64,000 bases of DNA, from assembly GCA_050246755.1 (NCBI GenBank), contig JBFWVL010000001.1, forward strand, positions 512,001 through 576,000. Direction: 5' to 3'. The translations under genes were made by a program, and so were the position numbers. This DNA is from Bacteriovoracia bacterium. GTDB taxonomy: Bacteria; Bdellovibrionota; UBA1018; CAIPTA01. Below, in pieces: positions 18,801 to 26,589 of the stretch; the stretch's first letter is position 1; the number at the start of each line of letters is the position of its first letter. The notes under the pieces are model-generated. The model made no database searches and was not told the origin of the DNA. It saw only the letters and a list, made by a program, of their open reading frames with translations.

Positions 18801-19014
18801 AACCTTGCCCGTAGCCATCGGCCTGAATGAGGCTGCTAAGCAGCGTACCTCCATGGGAGTGGCCATCATCGGCGGATTGGTGAGCTCTACGCTCCTGACT
18901 TTGATCGTGGTGCCGGCGGCGTATTCTTACGTAGATAGATTCCGGGTATGGAGCAAAGGCCTACTCGGCCGCGTGGTGGGATCTCATCCTTCCGTTCCGC
19001 ACGGGGATGCCTAA
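15877..19014 (+). CDS. AcrB/AcrD/AcrF family RND permease
   Basis: SIRRP, GASPNEIE, GLLIDDAIVVREN, KNSILLVD, RLRPILMTT. Confidence 0.95.
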   Translation: MNFVELSIRRPIFITCLVLVMLAVGWRSMQSLGVDLFPNVTFPVVTVSTPYPGASPNEIETLVSKPIEDEVSTISGLKRLSSINKEGVSVVVAEFTLETDVKYAEQQIRDRVSSAKTKLPKDIEEPIIRRIDPSDQPVITISLEADLKDQELFELADKVIRPKIEQVNQVGLVEIIGGREREIHVELDRQKLKSFEISASQVATRLSSAGENVPVGKVSAGASETVFRALGQFAHIEDIKSTIVNFFGSDVPVTIADVGTVTDTVKDETSRAFVNGKKSVFINVFRQSGSNTIAVVNNVLKRMDKINVEVKDQPGSPKLRTIRNAAVWIENNVKDVEESIMYGIILAVLVVYFFLANGRSTIITGLALPNSLIGAFVLMAAAGFTINIMTLLALSLSVGLLIDDAIVVRENIFRHIENGEEPITAARNGTKEVQLAVIATTFTVLAVFGPVGFLKGVVGQFFKEFGLTICFAMMISLFDALTVAPMLSAYFASHKTKRTGGLWYNTVGRAVRGFGRFQDWLEAKYMNVLKFTLRRPLFVLGMSFLVFLGSCSTVIFVPKTFLPTQDAGEFQITFDLPPGSSLDNTHKVGIEIDRIIHENKAVELSAMTIGDRDGQANVGDFYIKLVPSHQRRGINTSKVKQDLRDALKPMMKYTPVVKDYDAVGGGQRPFQMNIIGDDQKLLEEYGLKMLERARANKGLKDVDVNFRVGKPEFQIAIDKNRADKLGVSTVQAGMELRTQIEGLTPAKFREHGEEYDVRVRLRADQRDLKGNFEKTYVPNINFNLVRLRDVATAIDTQGPSRINRQDRSRYVQIQADIAPGAGMGDVMNELTKDMTTPGEFKLPDGMRYGFVGQAENFQELNDSMGTAMMFGVLFIFLVLASLYESFVTPFTIMLALPLAICGSTVALALTGESLNIFSMIGMIMLLGVATKNSILLVDYAHHLVKDGSSRYDAMMAAGKTRLRPILMTTMALIAGTLPVAIGLNEAAKQRTSMGVAIIGGLVSSTLLTLIVVPAAYSYVDRFRVWSKGLLGRVVGSHPSVPHGDA

Positions 19015-20522
19015 AAAACCCAGGGCTTTCCGTTCTTGTCGGTGAACTTCGTGGGATCGGTGGTCTGGCCGTCTTTCATCGGGCCATTATAATAAATGCC
19101 CTTCTCGGGATTGATGAGTCCCTTGAAGGTTCCGGTCATGAAACGGCCGGCCTTAAAAATTCCTTCGGCCACGCTGCCGTCGGGCTTCTTCATTTTTCCT
19201 TTTCCGTCCACCATGGAATTTTTGAATTCACCTTCGTATTCGGTGCCGTCGCTGAGCCGGCGTTTCATGGTTCCCTCCACGAAGTTGTCCCCGGAGAATT
19301 TACCGCTCAGGTAGGAGCCGTCTTTCCAGGTTTGCCGGCCCTCCACTAGCTTCCAGTCGGCGAATACGCCTTCGGATACCCTACCGGCCTCGCGCAAAAT
19401 CCCTCTGCCGTTAGGGCCGCGTCTCAGCGTTTCGCCAAAATAGGCCATTCCCTTGGCATACTGGATATGGTTTTCTACGGGCCGCCCCTCTTTTCTTTCC
19501 ACGATCGAGGTCATCTCATTGCCGTGAGAAATTTTCAGCATGGCCGTGAGCGGGATCGAGGCGTATCCGCCGGCCGTGGGTGTGGGCCAATTTTCTCCCC
19601 AAGAGTTTCTCACCTTCAACCGGCATTCTCCGTTCATGTTTTCCATGCCCACCACCGTGAGGTAATGCCCGCCGCAATTATTTTTTTCCGCCGGCGAAAC
19701 GGGAACGAGGCCGTCGGCCAATCCGGGGATTTGCATCATCTGCAGCGCGCATACCGCCACCAGCGTGGGGCGATGATTCAGTAAGTTCTGCTGAATTTCT
19801 TCCGCGTACTGGTCTCCCGTGTTGGCGCGCACGAGCTGAATATTGAATCCCGGGTTTAAAGGCCGGCGCTCAGCGCCCGCGCGCGGCAAGGGATATAGGA
19901 TCCGGCCTTGACCCACCTTCGCGAAAAAAGCCTCTTTGCTGAGGCTCTGGCTAAGCACCGTCACCAGTTCCGAAAATTCTTTTTCTAAGCCGATCGAAGC
20001 GGGGCTCTGATCCCGGCAGGCGAGCAATCCGGGATCTCCCACAAAATCTTTCTGGCGCTCATAGTAATCCGAAAGGCGGGCCAGCGTACCTTGGCTATCG
20101 AAATAGCTTTGGTCGAAGGGCAGATCGCTTTCCAGATAAATCTTTCCGGACCGCTGCACGCCCTCCAGTAGCCCGGAGGCGTTTGCCCCCGCGGCGTCGA
20201 GAAAGTCCGGCTCGAGCCCGCGCACGGCTTCGGGCCGGTCCGAGTTCCAAGAATTTAAATCGTTCGCGGAAATTCGGTCGCGGTAGGTGGTTTCATTTCT
20301 AACGGAATGATAAAAATGATCGATCACGGCCTTAGTCGCAAACGTAGCGCACCAGGGCGAGGGCCGCTGGTCGTCCACCGGAGGCATCTCGCTCGTAATA
20401 TCCGGGAACTCTCCGCCGCAATCACGTGCATATTTGGTATTCGTCAGCTCCGCAGGGGGCGGCACAAAGGCGTCGCCGGCGTAGGTGAAGGCCGAAAAGA
20501 AAAGCAAGAAGGCGAGGATCAC
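19011..20522 (-). CDS. Secreted papain-like (C1) cysteine peptidase with C-terminal MORN repeats
   Basis: DQRPSPWCATFA (Gln/Cys), GHYLTVVG (His), VRNSWG (Asn); YEGEFKNSMVDGKGKM..PDG MORN repeats. Confidence 0.8.
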   Translation of the reverse strand: MILAFLLFFSAFTYAGDAFVPPPAELTNTKYARDCGGEFPDITSEMPPVDDQRPSPWCATFATKAVIDHFYHSVRNETTYRDRISANDLNSWNSDRPEAVRGLEPDFLDAAGANASGLLEGVQRSGKIYLESDLPFDQSYFDSQGTLARLSDYYERQKDFVGDPGLLACRDQSPASIGLEKEFSELVTVLSQSLSKEAFFAKVGQGRILYPLPRAGAERRPLNPGFNIQLVRANTGDQYAEEIQQNLLNHRPTLVAVCALQMMQIPGLADGLVPVSPAEKNNCGGHYLTVVGMENMNGECRLKVRNSWGENWPTPTAGGYASIPLTAMLKISHGNEMTSIVERKEGRPVENHIQYAKGMAYFGETLRRGPNGRGILREAGRVSEGVFADWKLVEGRQTWKDGSYLSGKFSGDNFVEGTMKRRLSDGTEYEGEFKNSMVDGKGKMKKPDGSVAEGIFKAGRFMTGTFKGLINPEKGIYYNGPMKDGQTTDPTKFTDKNGKPWVF

Positions 20523-20911
20523 CGTTTGCCTCCCTTTACTCGTGCATGCTTCGCGTAGAGCGCGCGGGCCTCTATGAAGCTGAGATCCGAAAAAACGCAG
20601 AACTGGATTGCGGGCTCTTCAGCTTTCTTGGCTAATAGCTGGGTTCCGCCCAAAAGCTCGCAGTACGCACCGGGGGCGTTGCCGGCTTTGCTGCTTTTTA
20701 GCTGTTTCCACTTTGAAGGCCCTTTGAACACTTTCAGCGCCCGGCAACCGGCGTGATTCCGCAAACAAATATCATTCACCTTTAGGCCTTCTACTTCGCC
20801 CACGCGTGCTTGCACGGTTTTTCCGGCGTAGCGATAGGAATAGATTTCCGTAGCCGGGGCGGCAACGGCAAAAACGGCGGCAAGCAGCAGAAAATACGAG
20901 AAGATTCCCAT
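20519..20911 (-). CDS. Small secreted protein with DUF333-like Cys motif
   Basis: APGAYCELLGG...FCVFSD; overlaps the peptidase start codon. Confidence 0.6.
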   Translation of the reverse strand: MGIFSYFLLLAAVFAVAAPATEIYSYRYAGKTVQARVGEVEGLKVNDICLRNHAGCRALKVFKGPSKWKQLKSSKAGNAPGAYCELLGGTQLLAKKAEEPAIQFCVFSDLSFIEARALYAKHARVKGGKR

Positions 20912-21013
20912 GCTGGCTTTTCGGCTTTTTTGCTCTGCGAGCTTAGCCCTACACGCTAGCCGCATCTCATATTTTCGCTGGGAATTCCCGAGCGTAGCGT
21001 TTACACCTTAAGG

Positions 21014-21640
21014 ATGCGCATCCGCGAGAAACATCCCCTCTGGATCCGGGCCATGCACTGGCTGAACGTGCCCCTGCTGGCGCTGATGGCCTGGAGCGGG
21101 CTGCTGATTTACTGGGCGAATGATGCGTACCCAGGCTTCTTCCCCGAATGGTTCTATCAGCTCTTCCGCATCGACCACCGCCTAGCGGAGGGCCTCGCGA
21201 TTCACTTCACGGTGGCCTGGCCCTTCGTGATCAATGGGCTACTGTTCGTGCTCCTCACCTTCTCCTTGCGCCACTGGAAAGAGCTGTTGCCGAATGGAAA
21301 TTCCGTACGTAATTTCCTGCCCACGGTCCTTCACGACCTCGGCCTTCGCAAAAATGCTCCTGCCCAGGGTAAATTCAACGCCGCTCAGCAGTTTGCTTAT
21401 ACCGGCGCGATCCTGCTCGCTATCCTACAAGTGCTCACGGGATTCGCGATCTATAAGCCCCTGCAGTTGCATTGGCTCGCCTGGTGCTTGGGCGGCTACG
21501 AGACCGCGCGGCTCCTGCACTTCGCCGCGATGATTTTGCTCTTCCTATTCTTTCTCGTGCACGTGGCGCAGGTGATTCGCGCCGGCTGGAATAATTTCCG
21601 CGCGATGGTGGCAGGCTTCGAGGTAGACGATGAACCCTAA
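21014..21640 (+). CDS. Cytochrome b/b6-domain membrane protein (Ni/Fe-hydrogenase cyt b-like)
   Basis: HPLWIRAMHWLN, IHF, KFNAAQQFAY, RLLHF, LVHV heme-ligand His. Confidence 0.85.
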   Translation: MRIREKHPLWIRAMHWLNVPLLALMAWSGLLIYWANDAYPGFFPEWFYQLFRIDHRLAEGLAIHFTVAWPFVINGLLFVLLTFSLRHWKELLPNGNSVRNFLPTVLHDLGLRKNAPAQGKFNAAQQFAYTGAILLAILQVLTGFAIYKPLQLHWLAWCLGGYETARLLHFAAMILLFLFFLVHVAQVIRAGWNNFRAMVAGFEVDDEP

Positions 21641-22343
21641 AAACCGCACGCTCGTGAGCTTCACCGTTCTCGGCGCATTTTTTCTCTTGGTATGGGCTTC
21701 CTGGAGTTTCGCCTGGAGCCGTCCCCTGCGCGCTGGAGTGCCCGCGCCTTTCCGCGCCGTGCTCGAATGGAACGGAAAGATTTGGCAGAGCCTTTATAGC
21801 AATGCACGCGTGGCGCCGGCGAAGGCGCCCGCGGCGGGCACTGAGCCCCGGGTGAACGGCGAAATCGGCCTCGAAGAAGAGATCGACCTCGCCAAGTGGA
21901 AGCTCGAGGTGGTTTCCGTAGAAGGGAAAAGTAACTTCCTCACGATGGCGGACCTGCAAAAACTCCCCCGCACCGAGGCCACCTTCAATTTCAAGTGCAT
22001 CGAGGGCTGGAGCGAAGTGATGAGTTTTGCGGGCGTGAAGTTTTCGGATTTTCTTTTTGCCTACGGCCTGAGCGAAAAAGTTCCTTACGTGGGTCTCGAA
22101 ACTCCGGATGGGACGTACTACGTTTCGATCGACATGGCGAGCATGCTGCACCCCCAAACCCTGTTGGCCTTCGAAATGAATGGGAAAGCACTGGCCCAGG
22201 AAAACGGCGCCCCCCTGCGGCTCGCGATTCCCGTGAAATACGGAATCAAGAACCTAAAGCGCATCGGGAAGATCTTCTTCTCCCGCGAGCGGCCCCGGGA
22301 TTATTGGGCCGAACAGGGCTACGACTGGTTCTCGGGGCTATAA
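21630..22343 (+). CDS. Molybdopterin-dependent oxidoreductase (sulfite oxidase / MsrP-like)
   Basis: FKCIEGWS, HPQTLLAFEMNG, GAPLRL.IPVKYGIKNLK, DYW...GYD. Confidence 0.88.
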   Translation: MNPKNRTLVSFTVLGAFFLLVWASWSFAWSRPLRAGVPAPFRAVLEWNGKIWQSLYSNARVAPAKAPAAGTEPRVNGEIGLEEEIDLAKWKLEVVSVEGKSNFLTMADLQKLPRTEATFNFKCIEGWSEVMSFAGVKFSDFLFAYGLSEKVPYVGLETPDGTYYVSIDMASMLHPQTLLAFEMNGKALAQENGAPLRLAIPVKYGIKNLKRIGKIFFSRERPRDYWAEQGYDWFSGL

Positions 22344-22368
22344 AACCGCGGGATGGCGTCCGCGGCTT
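22342..22368. repeat. Intergenic hairpin repeat, copy 2 (AAAACCGCGGGATGGCGTCCGCGGCTT)
   Basis: 24/27 identical to 4848-4874; directly after a stop codon. Confidence 0.65.
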
Positions 22369-22381
22369 TGAGGGCTGCTTT

Positions 22382-22408
22382 TAAAGATATTCACCACTTA
22401 ACCGATAA
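22382..22408 (+). promoter_or_regulatory. sigma28-type promoter TAAA-N15-ACCGATAA
   Basis: Near-perfect FliA consensus, 6 nt before ATG 22415. Confidence 0.7.
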
Positions 22409-22414
22409 GCCTGC

Positions 22415-22777
22415 ATGAAGACCCTGATTCTCTGCGGGCTTATTTTCGGCGCTACCCTCGCGCTCGCGAACGAAGCCCTGGAAAACGAAGTTCTGGCGGA
22501 ACGGGAAGACGCCTACGAAGAGGCGCTCGACTGTGTTTCGAGCGCGATGGCGGAAACCAGTCACGCGCGCATGGTGACGGTAGTGCCCAATCCCGGGGCC
22601 GGTGGGGTGATGATTCATGGCCTGCGCTCTTGCTTTAAGTGCCAAGACGGCTGGGAGGCTGCCGTTAGCTACGAGCGCATCGCGCCTTACCTAACGGAAC
22701 GCGGCCAAGAGATGGTGAGGCACCACTCGAAAGCCCAAAAGCCCGTAGAGTCTCCACTGGTGAAGAACTGTTTTTAG
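22415..22777 (+). CDS. Secreted hypothetical protein
   Basis: Signal peptide MKTLILCGLIFGATLALA; promoter and terminator flank it. Confidence 0.65.
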   Translation: MKTLILCGLIFGATLALANEALENEVLAEREDAYEEALDCVSSAMAETSHARMVTVVPNPGAGGVMIHGLRSCFKCQDGWEAAVSYERIAPYLTERGQEMVRHHSKAQKPVESPLVKNCF

Positions 22778-22792
22778 GTTTTGAACTGCCGA

Positions 22793-22830
22793 AAAAAAAG
22801 CGCCTCTCGCAAGAGAAGCGCTTTTTCTTT
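22793..22830. terminator. Bidirectional intrinsic terminator
   Basis: AAAAAGCGC-CTCTCGCAAGAGAA-GCGCTTTTT between convergent genes. Confidence 0.75.
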
Positions 22831-22846
22831 TCTAAAAATCCGGGAT

Positions 22847-23320
22847 CTATTGCAGCAAGCTGCGAAGCATCCACGCGGTTTTTTCGTGGGTCTGCATGCG
22901 CTGGGTGAGCAGATCGGCAGTGGATTCGTCGGCCGCTTCGTCGGCCTCGGGGAACAGGGAACGGGCGGTGCGGATCACCGTCTCGTTGGCTTCCACCAGC
23001 TGCTTGATCATCTCTTTGGCTTCCGGCACGCCTTCGGCTTCAGGGATAGAGCTCAGCTTCGAGAACTCACGGTAGGAACCGGGAGCAAAGTGCCCGAGGG
23101 CGCGGATACGTTCGGCGATGGTATCGCTGGCGAGCGCGAGCTCGTTGTACTGGGTTTCGAACATGAGGTGCAAGGTTTGGAACATAGGACCCGTTACGTT
23201 CCAGTGAAAGTTATGGGTCTTGAGGTAGAGGGTATAGGTGTCGGCCAAGAGGCGCGACAAACCTTCCACGATCGCTTTGCGGTTTTTGTCTGAAATACCA
23301 ATATCCATTTTTGTTTGCAT
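22847..23320 (-). CDS. dps: Dps DNA-protecting ferritin-like protein
   Basis: [42 protein letters not shown]. Confidence 0.96.
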   Translation of the reverse strand: MQTKMDIGISDKNRKAIVEGLSRLLADTYTLYLKTHNFHWNVTGPMFQTLHLMFETQYNELALASDTIAERIRALGHFAPGSYREFSKLSSIPEAEGVPEAKEMIKQLVEANETVIRTARSLFPEADEAADESTADLLTQRMQTHEKTAWMLRSLLQ

Positions 23321-23374
23321 AAATTCTCCCTTAAAAAAATCAGAAGGCCCTTACGGGCCCCCTGATCATAGCCC

Positions 23375-23917
23375 TTAAGCCGCCACTTCGCTGAGCGTCT
23401 TTAGTGCTTTTACCACTGACGCTATGCGCACCAGCTCATGTATCTTCTCGTGCGGCACTCCTGCCTCGCGGAGGACGTTTTCGTGGGAAACGACGCAGGT
23501 CTCACAGCCATTCACGATCGAAACCGCGAAGGCCAGCATCTCAAACTGCACTTTTCCCAATACCGGCCGGGCCAGGGAGGTCATCCGTAAACCCGCCTGC
23601 GCGTAGTCGGTTTGCTTCTCTTCTCCTACTTTGAAGATGAAGGAACGGAACTTATAGTAGGTATTGAGCATGCCCATGATCGCGGCACTTTCTTCCCCTT
23701 CCCGAATTTCTTCCGGCGCCACTTCCATGGCACGTAGGCGCTCGCGCGCCGCTTTGGCTAGTTCATCATAGCCCACGGAGCGGGCCGTGGCGAGTACCGC
23801 CAGGGCCGCTTCTTTGGGCTCGAGTTTCTCTCCCGCGAGCAAGCGCTCGAAGTTGAGGTTGAGGTCACGCGCGATGGTGGTATCACGATCGGCTAGAAGA
23901 GATTTTATTTGTTCCAT
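23375..23917 (-). CDS. ahpD: Alkylhydroperoxidase AhpD
   Basis: FEMLAFAVSIVNGCETCVVSH motif; downstream of ahpC. Confidence 0.88.
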   Translation of the reverse strand: MEQIKSLLADRDTTIARDLNLNFERLLAGEKLEPKEAALAVLATARSVGYDELAKAARERLRAMEVAPEEIREGEESAAIMGMLNTYYKFRSFIFKVGEEKQTDYAQAGLRMTSLARPVLGKVQFEMLAFAVSIVNGCETCVVSHENVLREAGVPHEKIHELVRIASVVKALKTLSEVAA

Positions 23918-23935
23918 GAAAATTTCCTTTCTTGC

Positions 23936-24484
23936 TTAGCCAGCGAGGGTAGCTTTGCCTTTTTCCCAGTTGCAGGGGCAGAGCTCGTCGGTTTGGAGCG
24001 CGTCGATGGTGCGCAGGATTTCTTTCACGTTGCGCCCCACGTTCAGATCATAAACACTCACGTGGCGGATGATGCCTTCGGGGTCCACGATGAAGGTAGC
24101 GCGGTAAGGCACTTTCTCCGTGGGGTGAAGTACGCCGAGCGCCTCCGAAAGATCCTTTTTATTGTCGGCCAGCATAGGGAAGTTCAGGCCCTTCAAATCC
24201 GGGTGCGCGTTTCTCCAGGCTAAGTGCACGTACTGGGAATCCGTGCTCACGCCGAACACTTGGGTTTCCCGCTGGCCAAAGCTCTTTAGCTCCTTGTTGA
24301 ATTCTGCGATCTCGGTGGGGCACACGAAGGTAAAATCCAAGGGCCAGAAGAATACCACCGACCACTTCCCGTGCAGGTCTGCCGAGGTGAATTCCTTAAA
24401 CTCCTTATTTTTCTCGAGCGACACCACGCCCTGGATTTTAAAGTCCGGAAATTTTTCGCCCACGTTCATTACCCGATTGCTCAT
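23936..24484 (-). CDS. ahpC: 2-Cys peroxiredoxin AhpC
   Basis: PLDFTFVCPTEI, GRNVKEILR, LCPCNW. Confidence 0.95.
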   Translation of the reverse strand: MSNRVMNVGEKFPDFKIQGVVSLEKNKEFKEFTSADLHGKWSVVFFWPLDFTFVCPTEIAEFNKELKSFGQRETQVFGVSTDSQYVHLAWRNAHPDLKGLNFPMLADNKKDLSEALGVLHPTEKVPYRATFIVDPEGIIRHVSVYDLNVGRNVKEILRTIDALQTDELCPCNWEKGKATLAG

Positions 24485-24523
24485 ACCTAGATACTCCTTA
24501 TTTATTTTAGAACTAATCCGTAC

Positions 24524-24538
24524 TTAGAACCATTCTAA
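24524..24538. promoter_or_regulatory. Per box upstream of ahpC
   Basis: TTAGAACCATTCTAA, 7-1-7 inverted repeat with one mismatch. Confidence 0.75.
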
Positions 24539-24557
24539 ATACGAAACCAAAAAAAAC

Positions 24558-24995
24558 TTATCTCTTCACATTTCCGCGCAGCAGAACCTCTACCTGCTTC
24601 ACCTCGAAACCACCCTTGAGCGTGGTCGCGATTTCTACTTCTTCGGGAGCGAGATCGAAAAGCTCCCCGCTTTTCTCGTCGAGGAAGTGGTGGTGAAAGG
24701 AAATATTATTGTCGTAGATCACCTTCTCGGAATGCGGGAAGCGAAGTTCCTTGAGGAGCCCGGCTTTCACGAGAATCCCGAGGGTATTGTAGACGGTGGC
24801 TAAACTCATCTTGGGAAAATTCTTATCGGCCCAGTCCTTCACTTGTTCGGCGGTGGGATGATCGGCCTGGCAAAGCACGTAGCGGCAGATCGCAATTCTT
24901 TGCGCCGTAGGCTGCACGCCCGCCTGGAGCAAACGGCCCTCCACTTCGGAAGGGCTCAGGCAGTGGTCTCGTTCTTTTAAGCCGAGGGCTTTCAT
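24558..24995 (-). CDS. perR: Fur-family peroxide regulator PerR (no CxxC)
   Basis: PTAQRIAI, HPTAE, SLATVYNTL, HHHF; heads the ahpC-ahpD-dps cluster. Confidence 0.8.
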   Translation of the reverse strand: MKALGLKERDHCLSPSEVEGRLLQAGVQPTAQRIAICRYVLCQADHPTAEQVKDWADKNFPKMSLATVYNTLGILVKAGLLKELRFPHSEKVIYDNNISFHHHFLDEKSGELFDLAPEEVEIATTLKGGFEVKQVEVLLRGNVKR

Positions 24996-24998
24996 TGG

Positions 24999-25030
24999 TT
25001 TAGAATAATTCTAAATCGAGACCGAGTCAA
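24999..25030 (-). promoter_or_regulatory. perR promoter TTGACT-N17-TATTCT overlapped by a perfect Per box TTTAGAATAATTCTAAA (24999-25015)
   Basis: 8-1-8 palindrome over the -10; ATG 6 nt downstream. Confidence 0.8.
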
Positions 25031-25152
25031 TAACTATTATTAACAACTAGTAATAACAGCCACTTAGCTAGGGGCTTTCTTCCTCTTGGCTATGAGCAGC
25101 AGGGCACCTATCCTACTAGAGACCGGATTTTTGGAAACAAGGAGGCTTCCAG

Positions 25153-25770
25153 ATGAAGAGTGTTTTATTTCTTACCCTGACCCTTGCCGCCCTCATTTCG
25201 AGCACGCCCGCCTGGGCTATGCGTTTTGCCCTCGTGGGCGCGGCCAATATGAGCGAACCCAAAGTGGCCGGCACGGAATATACTGCCAAGAACGGTTTCG
25301 GCTACGGCGCGCTCCTCGAATTCGGGATCGTCCCCTTCTTCACCATGGAAATGGGCGCGCTCAAGCTCGCACGAAACTACGAATACGGTGCGGTGGTTCC
25401 GACGATTTCCAGCACGGAAGCAAAAATGAAAATGATTGAGTTCCCCGTGGTATTCAAAGCGTACCTCGGCCACGCGCTCTCGCTGGGCATCGGAGGCTAC
25501 TACGCCAAATACCAGGGTGATATCTCTTACGAAAAAACCGACGCGTTCGGGGTAAAGAGCATAACGTCGCAATCGCTTCGTGCGGCGAATCACAGCGAAT
25601 CCGACTATGGCTTGGTGACCAGCCTAGGCCTCTATTTTCCTCTCGCCCCCCTCACCCGCATCATGGTGGACGGGCGTTATACTCTCGGCATCAAAGACAA
25701 TAATATTGGCGCGGGCACCACCACCTATAATGACCTTCAGCTCCTAGCCGGAATCCGATTCTCGTTCTAA
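25153..25770 (+). CDS. Outer-membrane beta-barrel protein (8-stranded, porin-family-like)
   Basis: GGAGG RBS, signal peptide, alternating beta strands, C-terminal Phe (GIRFSF). Confidence 0.8.
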   Translation: MKSVLFLTLTLAALISSTPAWAMRFALVGAANMSEPKVAGTEYTAKNGFGYGALLEFGIVPFFTMEMGALKLARNYEYGAVVPTISSTEAKMKMIEFPVVFKAYLGHALSLGIGGYYAKYQGDISYEKTDAFGVKSITSQSLRAANHSESDYGLVTSLGLYFPLAPLTRIMVDGRYTLGIKDNNIGAGTTTYNDLQLLAGIRFSF

Positions 25771-25773
25771 TGC

Positions 25774-25794
25774 GTTAGGCGCATTGCGCCTAAC
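25774..25794. terminator. Intergenic hairpin GTTAGGCGCA-T-TGCGCCTAAC
   Basis: Perfect 10-bp inverted repeat after a stop codon; no U tract. Confidence 0.45.
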
Positions 25795-25839
25795 CGCGAA
25801 TGCCCTTCCCAAACCGTTTTTATCTTGGGATAAAAGACG

Positions 25840-26589
25840 GTGATGCCTACCGAAACCCTGATCAGCAGCCGGAGCCCGCTGCTCCTGCTCTCCGATCTCG
25901 ACGATACGATCAAGATCTCCAATACCGCCTCGAAGCTGGTCACGGTGTATCGCGGCCTTTTTCGCTCTTCGGCTTTTACCGGCATGGCCCAGCTCTACGA
26001 AGAATTGCTCGCCGCGCATCCGGGCTCCGAATTCCATATCGTTTCCTCCTCGCCACCGGCGATCCGGAAAAAGATCGAAGCTTTTCTGAAAAAAAATAAA
26101 TTTCCCGCCGCCAAGCTCACGCTCCGCGACTGGCTTCGCCAAACTTCCGTGGCAGGCTATAAAAAAGCCGCCATCCTCGAGCTGATCCAGGATTCCCAAT
26201 GCCCAGTGATCCTGATTGGCGACGACACCGAGCATGATCCGGAAGTATTCGCCGCCGCCGCCGAAAAATTTCCGCGCAAAGTGGTGGCGCGCTACCTGCG
26301 GGCCGTGCGCGGGCGGAAGCTGCCCACCGGATCCACCGAATTTTTTACCGCTTTCGATATCGCCTGCGCGGAGCTCACCGCCGGCCGCCTGCTGAGCGCG
26401 CAGGCGCTGCGCATCGGCGAAGCAGTCTTGAAGGCCGATAAAAACTCGCGGCTGATCCCTTGGTTCTCGCTGAAACCGCCCGCCGGGTTCATGCCGCTGC
26501 TGAAGGATCCCGATGCCGACTTGCTCGACCTTTGGAAAAAAGTTCAAGAAAAAGTGCAAGCCATTCCCCGTAGAAAGACCAAGCCATGA
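25840..26589 (+). CDS. App1-family (DUF2183) HAD phosphatidate phosphatase-like protein
   Basis: SDLDDTIK, HIVSSSP, LIGDDTEHDPEVF. Confidence 0.8.
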   Translation: MMPTETLISSRSPLLLLSDLDDTIKISNTASKLVTVYRGLFRSSAFTGMAQLYEELLAAHPGSEFHIVSSSPPAIRKKIEAFLKKNKFPAAKLTLRDWLRQTSVAGYKKAAILELIQDSQCPVILIGDDTEHDPEVFAAAAEKFPRKVVARYLRAVRGRKLPTGSTEFFTAFDIACAELTAGRLLSAQALRIGEAVLKADKNSRLIPWFSLKPPAGFMPLLKDPDADLLDLWKKVQEKVQAIPRRKTKP

